A DNA stretch of 63,593 nucleotides, the filler included, from Octopus bimaculoides (lineage: Eukaryota): the NCBI RefSeq assembly GCF_001194135.2. It is 6 parts of 5 records of this genome, joined end to end, with 100 filler letters (N's around TTAATTAATTAA, not from the genome) between each part and the next. Parts side by side here need not be neighbours in the genome. Positions count along the whole stretch, not along the records: positions 19,559 to 40,804 come from NC_068990.1; positions 40,905 to 47,312 come from NW_026371183.1; positions 47,413 to 61,952 come from NC_068992.1; 3 more parts are not named here. One strand, written 5' to 3'. How positions within the stretch are numbered: the first letter of the stretch is position 1; each line of letters begins with the position of its first letter. Shown here in pieces: positions 36,529 through 49,001 of the stretch. The notes below the pieces were generated by a model. The model made no database searches. It was given only the letters and a program-made list of their open reading frames with translations, and was not told the origin of the DNA. Position numbers and translations under genes: made by a program.

Positions 36529-38779
36529 GCTGCTGTTTAGTTTACTAACCCTTTCGTTTTTGTAAGAAACTGAAAGTCTTGAAATCTTGAATATTTTCTT
36601 ATCTAGGAATAATCAAAGAAAATATGTGCTCCTAGTAAAGTCAGTAGTTTGGCTGAGAATTAAGAGACACATCACTATTGGCATGTCAACGTTTTCACAA
36701 TGACAACAACATCTTGTCTTGAAGTATTCCTGAATTGTTGTTGTTATAAATGGTTAAATAGTACATTTTAACTGAAACTAATATGGAGAAATTTTAACTT
36801 AATCTAACATGGAAGAAGAGATGAAAGGAAAATGAAGATGTTAGTTATGAATAAATAAAAGTAGTAATCTTTTAATTCATCTCTTACAGTAGATATTGAA
36901 ATTCTTTGGTATTTCAATATTAGTTGATTACTAACCAGACCTATGAGAAAAATTAAATCTCTGTGGTGAAATAACCCAGAGCCTCTTTCTTTCATCTCAA
37001 CACACATGTAGAGAACTAACAGTTGAAGATTTTATGAAGGTAATTACATTATGTATTATCGTACACATTAGCATTTCATATTATAACAATTTAGCCAATT
37101 TCCTTGAACATTTTCTATAAAAAAAAAACAAAAACAAAAACAAAAAACTGATAAGAATTGCTGTTATTTCATTCGTAGTAACATAGGGAATTAAGCAAAG
37201 AATTATTTTTATTTGTTCTAATTTAGGATGAAAGTAATAAAGCAAAGATTTAGTGTGTATTTGATCTCGGGAGGATTTGGGGAATGCTTTGCAAGTAAGA
37301 TAGTTTGCTGGGAGGAGAAAAATAACAAAGGCTTGACCAATTTGGACATTTGTTTGAAGATGGATTTTATTCTGTATTGACAGCCTGAAATGTTTTGTAA
37401 AAGGGTTGTTGAATTAATGTTGACCATAAGAAAAGTGCCAAGTTCTTACTCAACATGTTACCAATTTCAATACTATGTCTGCTAGAAGGTGTATTGTTAC
37501 TGATGGTGGTGTTGGTGGTGGTGGTCATCAGGAACCTTCAGTATTATTGTTTTAATAGATTTTAAATGTTGAGGTTAAGGGATCACTGATAAATATCTCT
37601 TGTAATTCTTTTGTCTACAGCTGCTAGCAGTGAACATAAAATGGTGCATGACTCACTGGAACCAAACTGTGTTTGTATCAAATACAAAGAGAATACCCAC
37701 CAAGTAAAAAGATGCTTTGTAATTGATCTTTTCACTGATCCTGTTTTTCTGAAGTTCCAAATGTTGCTTTAGAGAGAAATATTCTTAAGTATTTAGGGAA
37801 TAATTCAGACTAGTGTAGGAATACAAATAAATTTCATTCAAAAGTTAAAGAGAATTTTAGCTGAATATGAAATTCTCATAATTTTATATATTATCATCAA
37901 ATTCTAATAATGCTTAGAGAAAAAATTGATAGATAAATAATGATAAAGTCAGGCAAATAACATTAATAAGAACACAAGATTTTCTCCAGCTATTTCCTAT
38001 ATAAGTGAATATTTAAAATTTCAAAATATTCTTATCCATATTAGACTAAATGTGGTCAATAACAAAAGCATACTAGGAAATGTATAAAATATATTTATTT
38101 AAAATATTTATATAATAAATTATTTGATAAATTATATAAAATTATATAGATTCTATAAAAAGATCCGTTAAAATTACATGAATTAATTCAAAAGTTTGAT
38201 TGTGTATTGTAGAACAAACAGTCTATTAACAAAATTGCATAGCCAGAACAGATCGATAAGTTAGTTGTATCATTATTTTTAGAAAAAAAAACAAAAAGAT
38301 CATTGTAGAACAAACTATTGAAGTTAGGAACTTATACATGTAAGAGGTCTTTATTAAACATGTACTATGGCTAAATTTAAGCTAATGTAACTGATAATCA
38401 TTATTTGCAGCACAGTAGGGAAGATGGAAAAAAGAAAACTAATCCAAGAAATCTTTTCAGGCAGCTAAATAAACCTACATCTATTGATATGATATATAAA
38501 ACTTAAATATATAAAAACTTATAAAACTTGGATATATTTCAGTTAAAAGATGGCCCAAGCCATGTCTAACTTCATAGCATCACCTGATAGGATCTGTTAA
38601 GTAATTTTTAAGTTGATTTTTGTAGTATCCTGACCCACTCAAGTAGAGAATTGTTGTTGACTGAGATGTAGCATATCTATATTACAGATTTAAGCAAAAT
38701 AATATAAAAAATGCATGTATTCAAATTGTTTCTGAAAGCATTGATAATAAATATTTTTCACAGCTGCTAAAAAGAATTT

Positions 38780-39010
38780 TGAAGGTGCATGGCTCAGTGG
38801 TTAGAGTGTTGAACTCTTGATCATAAGATTTGGTCTTGATTCCTGGACCAGGTGACGTGTTTTTGAGCAAGACTCTTCATTTCATATTGTTCCAGTCCAA
38901 TCAGCTGGCAAAAATAAGTAATCCTGTGACAGAGTGGCATCCTTTCTAGGTGGGGAATATACATGCCACAGAAACCAGGTAATCAGCCCAAGGTGTCTAT
39001 ATGACTTGGG
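38780..39010 (+). mobile_element. SINE family C-related diverged copy
   Basis: gaaggtgcatggctcagtggttagag...ttgattcctggacc...ttgagcaagac. Confidence 0.7.
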
Positions 39011-39179
39011 GAGGAGCTCTATAATAATAAGATTTTATTCCTATTGAGAGACTGACAAAATTCTTGAGATGATAATCTTCAATTAAAAGCCTCTAATCAT
39101 GTATATATGAAATGAATTAAAGATTGTTATTGCTAACCATGAAGATCTGATTAAATATTCCTAAAGGATATATGCATGT

Positions 39180-39480
39180 ATTGGTACTCGTGCTGGTGGC
39201 ATGTAAAATGCACCATTTGAGCGTAGTTGATGCCAGTGTCACCTGATTGGCTTCCATGCTGGTGGCATGTAAAAAGCACCATTCAAGTGTGGTTGATGCC
39301 AGTACCATCTGACTGGCTCTCATGCTGGTGGCACATAAAAAGCACCCACAACACTCTTGGAGTGGTTGGCATTAGGAAGGGCATCCAGCTGTAGAAACCT
39401 TGTCAGATCAGATTGGAGCCTGGTGCAGCCTCCCAGCTTGCCAATCCTCAGTCAAACTGTCCAACCTATACTTGGTAGGG
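39180..39480 (+). mobile_element. RTE 3'UTR fragment
   Basis: gctggtggcatgtaaaaagcacc modules followed by ggagtggttggcattaggaagggcatccagc. Confidence 0.75.
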
Positions 39481-39693
39481 TGCCAAAGTTCAGCTTGCCT
39501 GGGATGCTGGCAACCCTAGGGTTGGCCCTTTGTGCAAGTGACTGAGCATTCTACAGACACATGGGCATTTAATGTAGTCCTCAGAGAGATTTTGCTGTAC
39601 TACTAAGTCACAGAGATATAAACACACCAACATTGGTTGTCAACTGATGGTGGGGGGACATCACAAACACACAAACACACACACACAGACACA

Positions 39694-39755
<62 letters not shown>

Positions 39756-40025
39756 NNNNNNNNNNNNNNNNNNNNNNNNNNNNNNNNNNNNNNNNNNNNN
39801 NNNNNNNNNNNNNNNNNNNNNNNNNNNNNNNNNNNNNNNNNNNNNNNNNNNNNNNNNNNNNNNNNNNNNNNNNNNNNNNNNNNNNNNNNNNNNNNNNNNN
39901 NNNNNNNNNNNNNNNNNNNNNNNNNNNNNNNNNNNNNNNNNNNNNNNNNNNNNNNNNNNNNNNNNNNNNNNNNNNNNNNNNNNNNNNNNNNNNNNNNNNN
40001 NNNNNNNNNNNNNNNNNNNNNNNNN

Positions 40026-40056
<31 letters not shown>

Positions 40057-40632
40057 CACATGTCTACGTATATAAATATATATGCATAGATACACACTGG
40101 TACACTCTCTTTCTTTCTCTCTCTCTCTCTATATATATGTGTGTGTGTATGAAAGCTTATTCTGGCACACATATATATGGCCATTGTTGATAAAAGACCA
40201 CAAGCGAAACTTTTCTGCAGGTGACGACTCATCCAGTCTGCCCCACTCAGGCAAAGTGTACAGGATAAGGAGTGAAGCATTTGTAACTCTCAGATACCTG
40301 CTAATGATATACATGGAAGGGTTTCCAACAATGCAATAGATTTATAGCTGGCAAAACCTCTGGGTAGCTCCTGCAGATTCTGTATGGGCCAATGTATCTT
40401 TGATATTTATTTCACACCAAATACACTGAAATTTGCATACATGCACACACACACACACACACATGCATATACACCATAAAAAGCCACCAGGTATGAGAGA
40501 TGAATACATTTATTTAACTACTTCTTATCCTTAGGATTACTGCCATTTTACAACCTTTCTCATATAATAATATTTCCAGTGCATTGCATAAAGAAGGCGG
40601 CAAAACAGCTGTAATCCCAAGGAAGATAAGTA

Positions 40633-40676
<44 letters not shown>

Positions 40677-40905
40677 TGTTTATACATTCGTTTTGCAAGA
40701 TTCTTGATGTGAAATCATGTGTTAAAACAGATATTGTTGTATTTGGGGATGGTCATGTCGCCAGTTTAGCGAATAAAAACACACGTACTATATATTTGGT
40801 GTTANNNNNNNNNNNNNNNNNNNNNNNNNNNNNNNNNNNNNNNNNNNNTTAATTAATTAANNNNNNNNNNNNNNNNNNNNNNNNNNNNNNNNNNNNNNNN
40901 NNNNT

Positions 40906-41982
40906 ATGGAAGAAAATGCTGAGACTATTGATTCCCCTACACATACAGAGGGAAATACAGAAGAGAAATCATATTCACATGATTTATGTGGAGAATTATT
41001 CAAAAGAAAGGATTTAATTCGGCATCAGTCAATTCTCTCAGTCGCAAAACTGTATAACTGTGAAGTTTGTGGAAAAACATTTACAAGCAGTACTTTGTTA
41101 ACTAGCCACAAAGATATCCACACTGGAGAAAAATTATACCAATGTTATATCTGTGATGAAAAGTTTTCAACAAAGGACAATTTGTCATCTCACACATGTA
41201 TTCAAACAGCAGAAAGGCCATACTGTTGTGATATCTGTGGTAAAACATTTTGTAGAAGTGGTCAGTTGTCTTCTCATAAATATATTCATTCAAGAGAGAG
41301 ACCATACCATTGTGATATCTGTGGTCAAAGATTTTCTAGAAGTGGTCATTTGATTAACCACAAACGCATCCACACTGGAGAAAGGCCATACAACTGTGAT
41401 ATTTGTGGTAAAAAATTTTCTAGAATTAGTGAATTATCTTCCCACAAACATATTCATTTGGGTGAAAGGCAATACCGCTGTCATATCTGTGATAAAATAT
41501 TTTCTAAAAGTACTGATTTGTCTTCTCATAAGCATATTCACTCAGGAGGACGAATATACCACTGTGACATCTGTGATACAACATTCTCTCAAGGTGGCAA
41601 TTTATCTCGACATCAACGCATTCATACAGGAGAGAAACCATACCAGTGTCATATTTGCAAGAAAAAATTTTCTTCAAATGATTATTTGTCTGCCCACAAA
41701 CGTACTCACACTGGAGAAAGACCCTACCGTTGTGATATCTGTGATAAAACATTCACTCAAAGTGGATGTTTATCCCAACACAAGCATATTCATACAGGAG
41801 AAAGACAGTTCCATTGTGATATTTGTGGTAAAATGTTTTCTACGGATCATAATTTAACTCGACACAAATGTATTCATACAAAAGAGAAAGCATACCACTG
41901 TGATATCTGTGATGAAACATTTTCGACTAGGGGTCGTTTATCTTCCCACATACGTATTCATACAGGAGAAAGACCATCATAG
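40906..41982 (+). CDS. Multi-C2H2 zinc-finger protein (10 canonical fingers, 1 lacking the last His, 1 N-terminal relic); start uncertain
   Basis: 358-aa ORF of repeated Y/F-x-C-x2-C-x3-F-x5-L-x2-H-x3-H with TGERP/TGEKP linkers; ATG lies 1 nt after an N gap. Confidence 0.92.
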   Translation: MEENAETIDSPTHTEGNTEEKSYSHDLCGELFKRKDLIRHQSILSVAKLYNCEVCGKTFTSSTLLTSHKDIHTGEKLYQCYICDEKFSTKDNLSSHTCIQTAERPYCCDICGKTFCRSGQLSSHKYIHSRERPYHCDICGQRFSRSGHLINHKRIHTGERPYNCDICGKKFSRISELSSHKHIHLGERQYRCHICDKIFSKSTDLSSHKHIHSGGRIYHCDICDTTFSQGGNLSRHQRIHTGEKPYQCHICKKKFSSNDYLSAHKRTHTGERPYRCDICDKTFTQSGCLSQHKHIHTGERQFHCDICGKMFSTDHNLTRHKCIHTKEKAYHCDICDETFSTRGRLSSHIRIHTGERPS

Positions 41983-42135
41983 CACTGAGATTTCTATTAT
42001 AAAGCATTGTCACAAAGTAGTAGTTTATTTTGATACAAATCTATTTACTGAAGAGAAAGAAAGACCATACCGTTGTAATATCTGCAGTGAAACATTTTCT
42101 GGAAGTGATAATTGTTACGCAGTACATATATTTAT
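41983..42135 (+). pseudogene. Two decayed C2H2 fingers downstream of the stop codon
   Basis: Relic finger ...KALSQSSSLF*YKSI..., then KERPYRCNICSETFSGSDNCYAVHIFIH in another frame. Confidence 0.7.
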
Positions 42136-42137
42136 AC

Positions 42138-42169
<32 letters not shown>

Positions 42170-42339
42170 CCACATGGGAAATAAACAATACTTATATATA
42201 TTAATAATAATAGTAATATGACAACAAAAGAGTGAATGAGACCTTGATAGTATGTAAATAAAGGAATTTATCTATCTATCTATATATATATATATATATA
42301 ATATAGGACAATCAGTAAGTTGTCATAATAATACTCAGA

Positions 42340-43190
42340 GTTTCAAATACTGGAGCTTCTACGCATTTATTTTCAGTTAAGACAAGAACACTATAAAAAA
42401 TAAAAAACGTTGAATAAAGGGAAGTTACTCTAATAGGCGTGGAATAACAGGACTTATGTACATACACATGTGCCTTGAGGTTTCCCCACAAGAAATAATT
42501 ACACAGAATCAAGGGGGCCAAGGAAATGAGGCATTCACCAAAGAGAGGGTGAAGAACAGCCATTGATGCTCTGGCTATGTAGGCTATTGCCCCATCCTGC
42601 TGAAATCACACACATTGAATAAGCATATGTTTTCATTGTAATTTAGGCACAAAGAAGTTGTTTATCATCTCGATGTAACATTCGGAGTTCACAGGAACAG
42701 CATTTCCATTATTCTCTTCAAAAAAGTAAGGACCAGTGATGGCAGCTTTTCCAACAGCACACCAGACCATCACTTTTGGGCTGTGCAGTCCTCTCGGATT
42801 TTGAAGAGCGCAATAACGATAGGTCTTCCTGCAAAATACACCTTACCAATTAATTACTAATGCCAAGTTCAGTGGACTGCCTCCGAGCAGAGCAATTTGG
42901 ACTCCGTATCAAAGCATTTTTGAAGCATTCCAAATTTTCTGGGGTCCATACCATTCGTGGTGCCCTCACCAGTTTCCTGTTCATTAGTGTACCTCATGTA
43001 TGAAGTGCATTCACCCAACATAAGATTGTATCACGGATGGGAACAGCCTGATTTTGGTGAATGTTGAAGTGGTGCCAAAACTCAGGCTGAATTGCTGCAA
43101 CTGATTTGTTATCCCTTGTGTAACTGTCATAGGCAAACATGCGATGCTCTGTCATCCACAATACTATGGCTTCATCTGAAAAGAGAAAAA
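42340..43190 (-). mobile_element. Decayed Tc1/mariner-superfamily transposase with internal deletion
   Basis: W.TEHRMFAYD N-terminal HTH region, SARRQSTELGIS, PKVMVWCAVG...ITGPYFFE, FQQDGAIAYIAR, NYFLWGNLKAHVY. Confidence 0.8.
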
Positions 43191-43235
43191 TAAGATACCA
43201 TGGACTGAATGATATCTGTCACACATATGTCCCTT

Positions 43236-44358
43236 AGGGCCTCTCACTCAGAGTAAAAGGTAGACTATGACTCATGTGTACGAACTGCCATGCTACATGG
43301 CAGTGAAATATGGGCGATGACTGCTGAGGACATGTGTACACTTGCAAGGAATGAAGCCAGTATGCTCTGCTGGATGTGTAATGTCAGTGTGCATACACGA
43401 CAGAGTGTACACGCTCTGAGAGAAAAGTTGGATTTAAGAAGCATCAGATGTGGTGTGCAAGAGAGACAACTGCGCTGGTATGGTCATGTTTTGCGAATGA
43501 ATGAGGGCAGCTGTGTGAAAAAGTGTCACACCCTAGCAATTGAGGGAGCCTGCGGAAGAGATAGACACAGGAAAACCTGGGATGAGGTGGTGAAGCATGA
43601 CCTTTGAACATTGGGCATTACCGAGGCAATGACAAGTGACTGAGACCTTTGGAAATATGCTGTGCTTGAGAAGACCCGACAAACCAAGTGAGACCATAGC
43701 CCACGGCCTATGCCAGTGGGTGTAACCAACCCACTTATGGATACTGCTCATTCATTGGACAATAAACTTTGCTTGTGAAGACCTATTGAGGCAAGTGAAA
43801 TCAAAATTAAAATCACTGATGTGGCCAATGACAGTACTGCCTGATTGGTACTCGTGCCAGTGGAACGTTAAAAGCATATCCAAACGTGGGGTGTAACCGG
43901 CCCACTTATGAGTACCCCTCATTCATTGGACAATGAACTTTGCTTGTGAAGACCTATTGAGGCAAGTGTAAACAAATCAAAATCGCCAATGTGGCTGATG
44001 ACAGTTATGCCTGATTGACACTCGAGCCAGTGGAATGTTAAAAGCACATCTGAGCGTGATCGTTGCCAAGGTCACGGATTGGGTCTCATGCCGGTGACAT
44101 GTGAAAAGCACCATTCGAGTGTCATCGTTGCCAGCATTGCCTTACCGGCACATGTGCCAGTGGCATGTGAAAAACAACATTCGAGCGTGGTCATTGCCAG
44201 TGCTGCCGAACTGGCTCCCATGCAGGTAGCACGTAAAAAACACCTTTCGAGCGTGGTTGTTTGCCAGAACCGCCTGACTGGCCCTCATGCCGGTGGCACA
44301 TAAAAGCACCCACTACATTCTCGGAGTGGTTGGCATTATGAATGGCATCCAGATGATG
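43236..44358 (+). mobile_element. 5'-truncated RTE LINE (C-terminus plus 3'UTR with ~171-bp tandem duplication)
   Basis: MLHGSEIWAMTAEDM..LARNEASML.WMCNV...LRWYGHVLRM...RKTWDEVVKHDL; same family as 20335-21720. Confidence 0.9.
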
Positions 44359-45134
44359 TAGGTCATGTTCAGCCACAGATTTCTTAAGGTTGGTTTTGTG
44401 GCGAGTTTTACGTAAATTTCTAGGTCTTTCTTCACAAAATGTATAGTGGTGTACTTGTCTACAGCCAGAATGTTTGGCTAGTCAGCAATCCATTGCTAAA
44501 TTTTGTTCAGATCAAATTGCAGGAAAGATCTCTAGCATAAAAGATGTTCTTTTCATCTCAAAGAAAGGCTTAATGTGGTCTGTATATTTAAACATAGTAA
44601 TATGCTTCCAGTTGGCATGTTTTGGTCATACATGCATGCCTCTATACACAAAAGTCTGATGGGCAAAATGCCTTGTGGTATTTAGTAAGGTTTTAATTTT
44701 AAATGCTAGAGGTAAATGTTGCCTTTCATTTTCTAGCATGTGCGGGAGAACTATCTTTGTTAATTTCTTCTGAGTAATGAAATGAATAAACAGTGGAGTA
44801 CATAGCGGACGTTAAACGATGACGATGATCTCATTTTTAAGAAACTAATATTTTATATGTTTTGTTCCATCATTATTTATGCCTGTTTTCCCTACTGCCA
44901 TGACTTGGATGGTTTTACAGGATCAAACAAGATGAAGGGCTGCATTGAGCTACAGTGTCTGCCATTGTTCTGACATTAGAGAGGTCACCAACTGACAAGG
45001 CAGTAAAAGGTCTCTACAACTGATTGAAATTGTAGTAGAGATGAAGTAGCTTTATACTAGGTGACGAGAGGCTGAAGTATGTCAAGACAGAAACAAGTGT
45101 TTTGCTACAGAACAGATACATAGACGCTCTACAC

Positions 45135-45652
45135 CAGGCATCACTAAACTATAGGCTGCAAGGTCAGTTCATCTGGCCTGCTACTGTACTGTACCTTTTG
45201 TGTAAGTACCTGCAATGAGAGTTCATTTGTCTGTGGTATAGCATCAGTGTTTGGAACAACTTATGTCTGCAAACAAACATTTTCAAAAATAAAGTATGTG
45301 AAGTCTGCACATTGAACGAGGTTTACTGATGAACACTTGAAAGCAATTCTCTTGATTGGATGCAGCAATTAGAAAGTAAATATTGATGAAATCTTAAAAG
45401 CTAAACACCATTTTCACAAACCTTTTTTGCTGCTTAGTTTGTGAGATTCCGATATGTGTGCACTGGGTGTGGTGTAACTATCTTATTGCTAATGTTGCCT
45501 TCTTTAATGACTTTCTGGTAAATAAATATGCTGGTTGTCTTTATTTTTTTGTGTATTCACTGTATTGTATTAAACAAAAATGGTTATGCGACCCACACTC
45601 GTTATTCTCTCAGTTATCTGGCCCGCTGTGAAAAAAGTTTGGTGACCCCCTG
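45135..45652 (+). mobile_element. hAT (Charlie-like) deletion derivative retaining the transposase C-terminus
   Basis: Perfect 8-bp TSD ctctacac (45127-34, 45653-60); TIR CAGGCATCACTAAAC / rc CAGGGGGTCACCAAAC; internal SVFGTTYVCKQTFSKIKY...TRFTDEHL. Confidence 0.85.
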
Positions 45653-47518
45653 CTCTACACTATATCAGATAGTGGGAGTAGCTGAAAATAAAATAAAAAT
45701 GTGGGTGTTGAAAAGTCAGCGTATACTCCCAAGGCACAAGAACTGTGGGAGGAGAGTGACAGATGGTTAGAGACGAGGGTAGAGATAAATGTAGCAAACG
45801 ATGTGCTATGCATTTTATAATTTTTCTCACATTTAAGTATTTAGCAACAGTTATGTAAGTCACAAGAATTAAAAATTATATACAAAGTGCACCAGCATGA
45901 CCGCAGCCACTTGGCTGAAACACATAAATAATAAAAAAAATAAAAAAAAAAGAAACTTTAATCATTCACGAAGGGAAAATGTGCACTCAAGTTGTCAAGT
46001 ATAGTGAAAGAAAAGAAAGAGAAATATATCTAAATTGAGGGTATACATAATGCAAAACATTTTTAAAATTTCGTTTTTGTATCTAGACACAGTTTTTTAA
46101 AAATTTATCAAACACTTAGGTACAGCATCATTTAATTTTCTTGCAACACCTTCAAATCACACCCTCCGAGGATAAAACAGAAGTGCTTGGGAAAATTTTG
46201 CCATAAGACACCCTGACTAAAAATAAATTGAGATTGTCATGTCAATACGCATCTGGAACTCTCAAGGTCGCTACAAATGTTAGCCCTTTAACATCGTTGA
46301 GGATGTCTCAAAATACAAGACTGTATTTCGTCTTCGGAGTGAGACAGTACCTCCACCACACTAACACAATAAACTTTTGGAAAACTCAGTTCGGTCCAAA
46401 AATAATGAACTGCTGCCTCACCAACCACCCCACCTCCAATCTCATGTCGGCTGCCAAACTTCAGAACTCGCTTGCATGCTGTCTTTTCACAGACTTTTCT
46501 ATCAGGCCATTCTGATACTTTTTTTTATCTCGTCATCCATGTTCTCTACTTTAATATAACGTCATCCAGTGCTTCTTCCTGAAAAAGCCAACCCACTTGG
46601 ATTGCGCACCCCTGCCCACATTTTTCCAACAGCTAGGACTTGCTCTTAAAATTGACCAAAATCGTTTCCCTCGAAACAAGATGCCTATATTTTGTTATGT
46701 CTGGGGAGAGTCATTCTATTTTAGTGCCTTATTACTTAACACACTCACCGGTTCGATTTCCGCTCATTTACTTATGTTTTCTAAAATTTCGTCGTGTCTT
46801 GCAACCTTTTCAAAAGTCGACTATTGAGAAGGCTGCAAAACGCAAGGAAAATTTTAAGTAATAAGGCGCTAAAAGAGAATAACTCTCCCTTGACACAATT
46901 AAATATGCGTCAACACACAAATTCACGTAATGAATATCACAAAACATACAAAAACGAAGATATTTTTATAAACTCTTTATTGATAAGAGGTAGTTTTATT
47001 CCAATGCGATCAAGGACACTTCCGGTTTATCCCTGACTTTGTTGTATGTCCATTTATATTGTAGATATATTATTATTTCTTTATACATATTTACACTATG
47101 TTAGTAATAATTAAGTACCGCTTGTAATTAACTTAAGAGATAATTCTTTAACCAGACTAAGACAATAGAGATATCCTGTATGAAGTAGTTAAAAGTTCTG
47201 CGCAATCTATTAATGCCTTCATCAACTTCAAGTTTCACTTTTTAAATACCTATCTCATTATCTCATAACTACATTTTTATGTAAGTATCATTTATATATA
47301 ATTTACACGTTANNNNNNNNNNNNNNNNNNNNNNNNNNNNNNNNNNNNNNNNNNNNTTAATTAATTAANNNNNNNNNNNNNNNNNNNNNNNNNNNNNNNN
47401 NNNNNNNNNNNNATATACATATCTGTGTGTGGGGGGAGGTGTGTGTTTGTGAATACACACATGTACACACACATATATATGACTTCATGTACAATCACGT
47501 ACAGAAACAAATATTCAT

Positions 47519-47519
<1 letters not shown>

Positions 47520-47581
<62 letters not shown>

Positions 47582-47630
47582 ATCTAATCTAATCTAATCT
47601 AATCTAATCTAATCTAATCTAATCTATCTA
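47520..47630. repeat. (TCTA)n switching to (TCTAA)n
   Basis: Direct reading. Confidence 0.9.
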
Positions 47631-47955
47631 TTAATTTATTATTTCAGAAAATCAGGAATTTTAACACAACATTTAGTAGTCTGTGAGCCGTGTTTTTAGT
47701 ACGCAAACAAAGGAATTACTGCAAAACCAAACAAAAAAGAAAAGCAATGAAAGAAATGACGATTTCAGATTCATCGTTGCTATGTGTTTATATCAACCAA
47801 TCAAAAACTTTGAAGGGCAAGAAACTTTAAGCAAATCAGAAACCTGTAAAATATTGAACCATGTTTTTAGTTCAATATTTAAGAGACAACAGCCGTTCTG
47901 TCACTCTTTCCATCTTCCACTTTCTCTTTCTCTCTTGCACCATCTCCCCCTTGTC

Positions 47956-48015
47956 TCTCAGTCTCCTATCTCTCAGTCTCCTATCTCTCAGTCTCCTATC
48001 TCTCAGTCTCCTATC
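47956..48015. repeat. 15-bp tandem repeat TCTCAGTCTCCTATC x4
   Basis: Direct reading; gives SQSPI x4 in the spurious ORF 47683-48159. Confidence 0.9.
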
Positions 48016-48473
48016 TCTCTCACCATTTCTCCTGCTCTCTCTCTTCTCCTCTCCCTCTCTCTCTCTCTCACCATCTTCTCTCCCCTCTCTCGCCTACGTG
48101 TGGCTAACAATGACGCGCAAATTAGCAATTTCCTTTCTCATGATATTCTTACACTATAACATGTCTAGAACATAAATTACCTAATTGATTTGTGGAGACG
48201 AATTTTCACAAATGCATTTATGTAACATTTGACTTGATTGTTGTAAATAAGGTGTGAAATTTATCATGTGTAAATTCTGTTATATTTAAATCTGTATTTT
48301 CGAACCACGTGCGGTGTAAACATAATTGTTTTAGTTACCCAAACCGAATGAGATTTATTTTCGTTGGTATTTAAGAAAAGGAAAAGAAAAATTATATATA
48401 AATGTTTATTATTATCATTATTTATGCGCTATGCACTCACTTAATCATTTTTAATCTGCTAAGTGTGTGTATG

Positions 48474-48532
<59 letters not shown>

Positions 48533-48618
48533 ATATATATATATATATATATGTATGCATGTATATATATACACATGTATATATATGTATGTATATATAC
48601 ACACACATATATATGTAA

Positions 48619-48716
<98 letters not shown>

Positions 48717-48963
48717 GAATCTATATATATATATTACATGTACATGTACATGCCCACATATATAAACGCATACACATTCACACAGACACACACAAACATA
48801 CATGCATATGTGTGTGTGTGTGTGTCTGTGCATACAATTTTATTACTGCAAATATGAATAGAACAATATTCAAGATTGCTTGAATAACACGGATATCTTT
48901 CCATTTATTATTAAACCCAACTCTATCCATCTATCCAGCATTCTATATCCATGTATGCATGTA

Positions 48964-49001
<38 letters not shown>

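Noticed and set aside
45326-45352. CTGATGA-acactt-GAAA motif
   Set aside because: No stem I or II; lies in hAT transposase coding remnant (TDEHLK).
47683-48320. 158-aa ORF and promoter-like CCAAT/E-box motifs
   Set aside because: ORF length comes from CT-rich repeats; short motifs alone are not evidence of a promoter.
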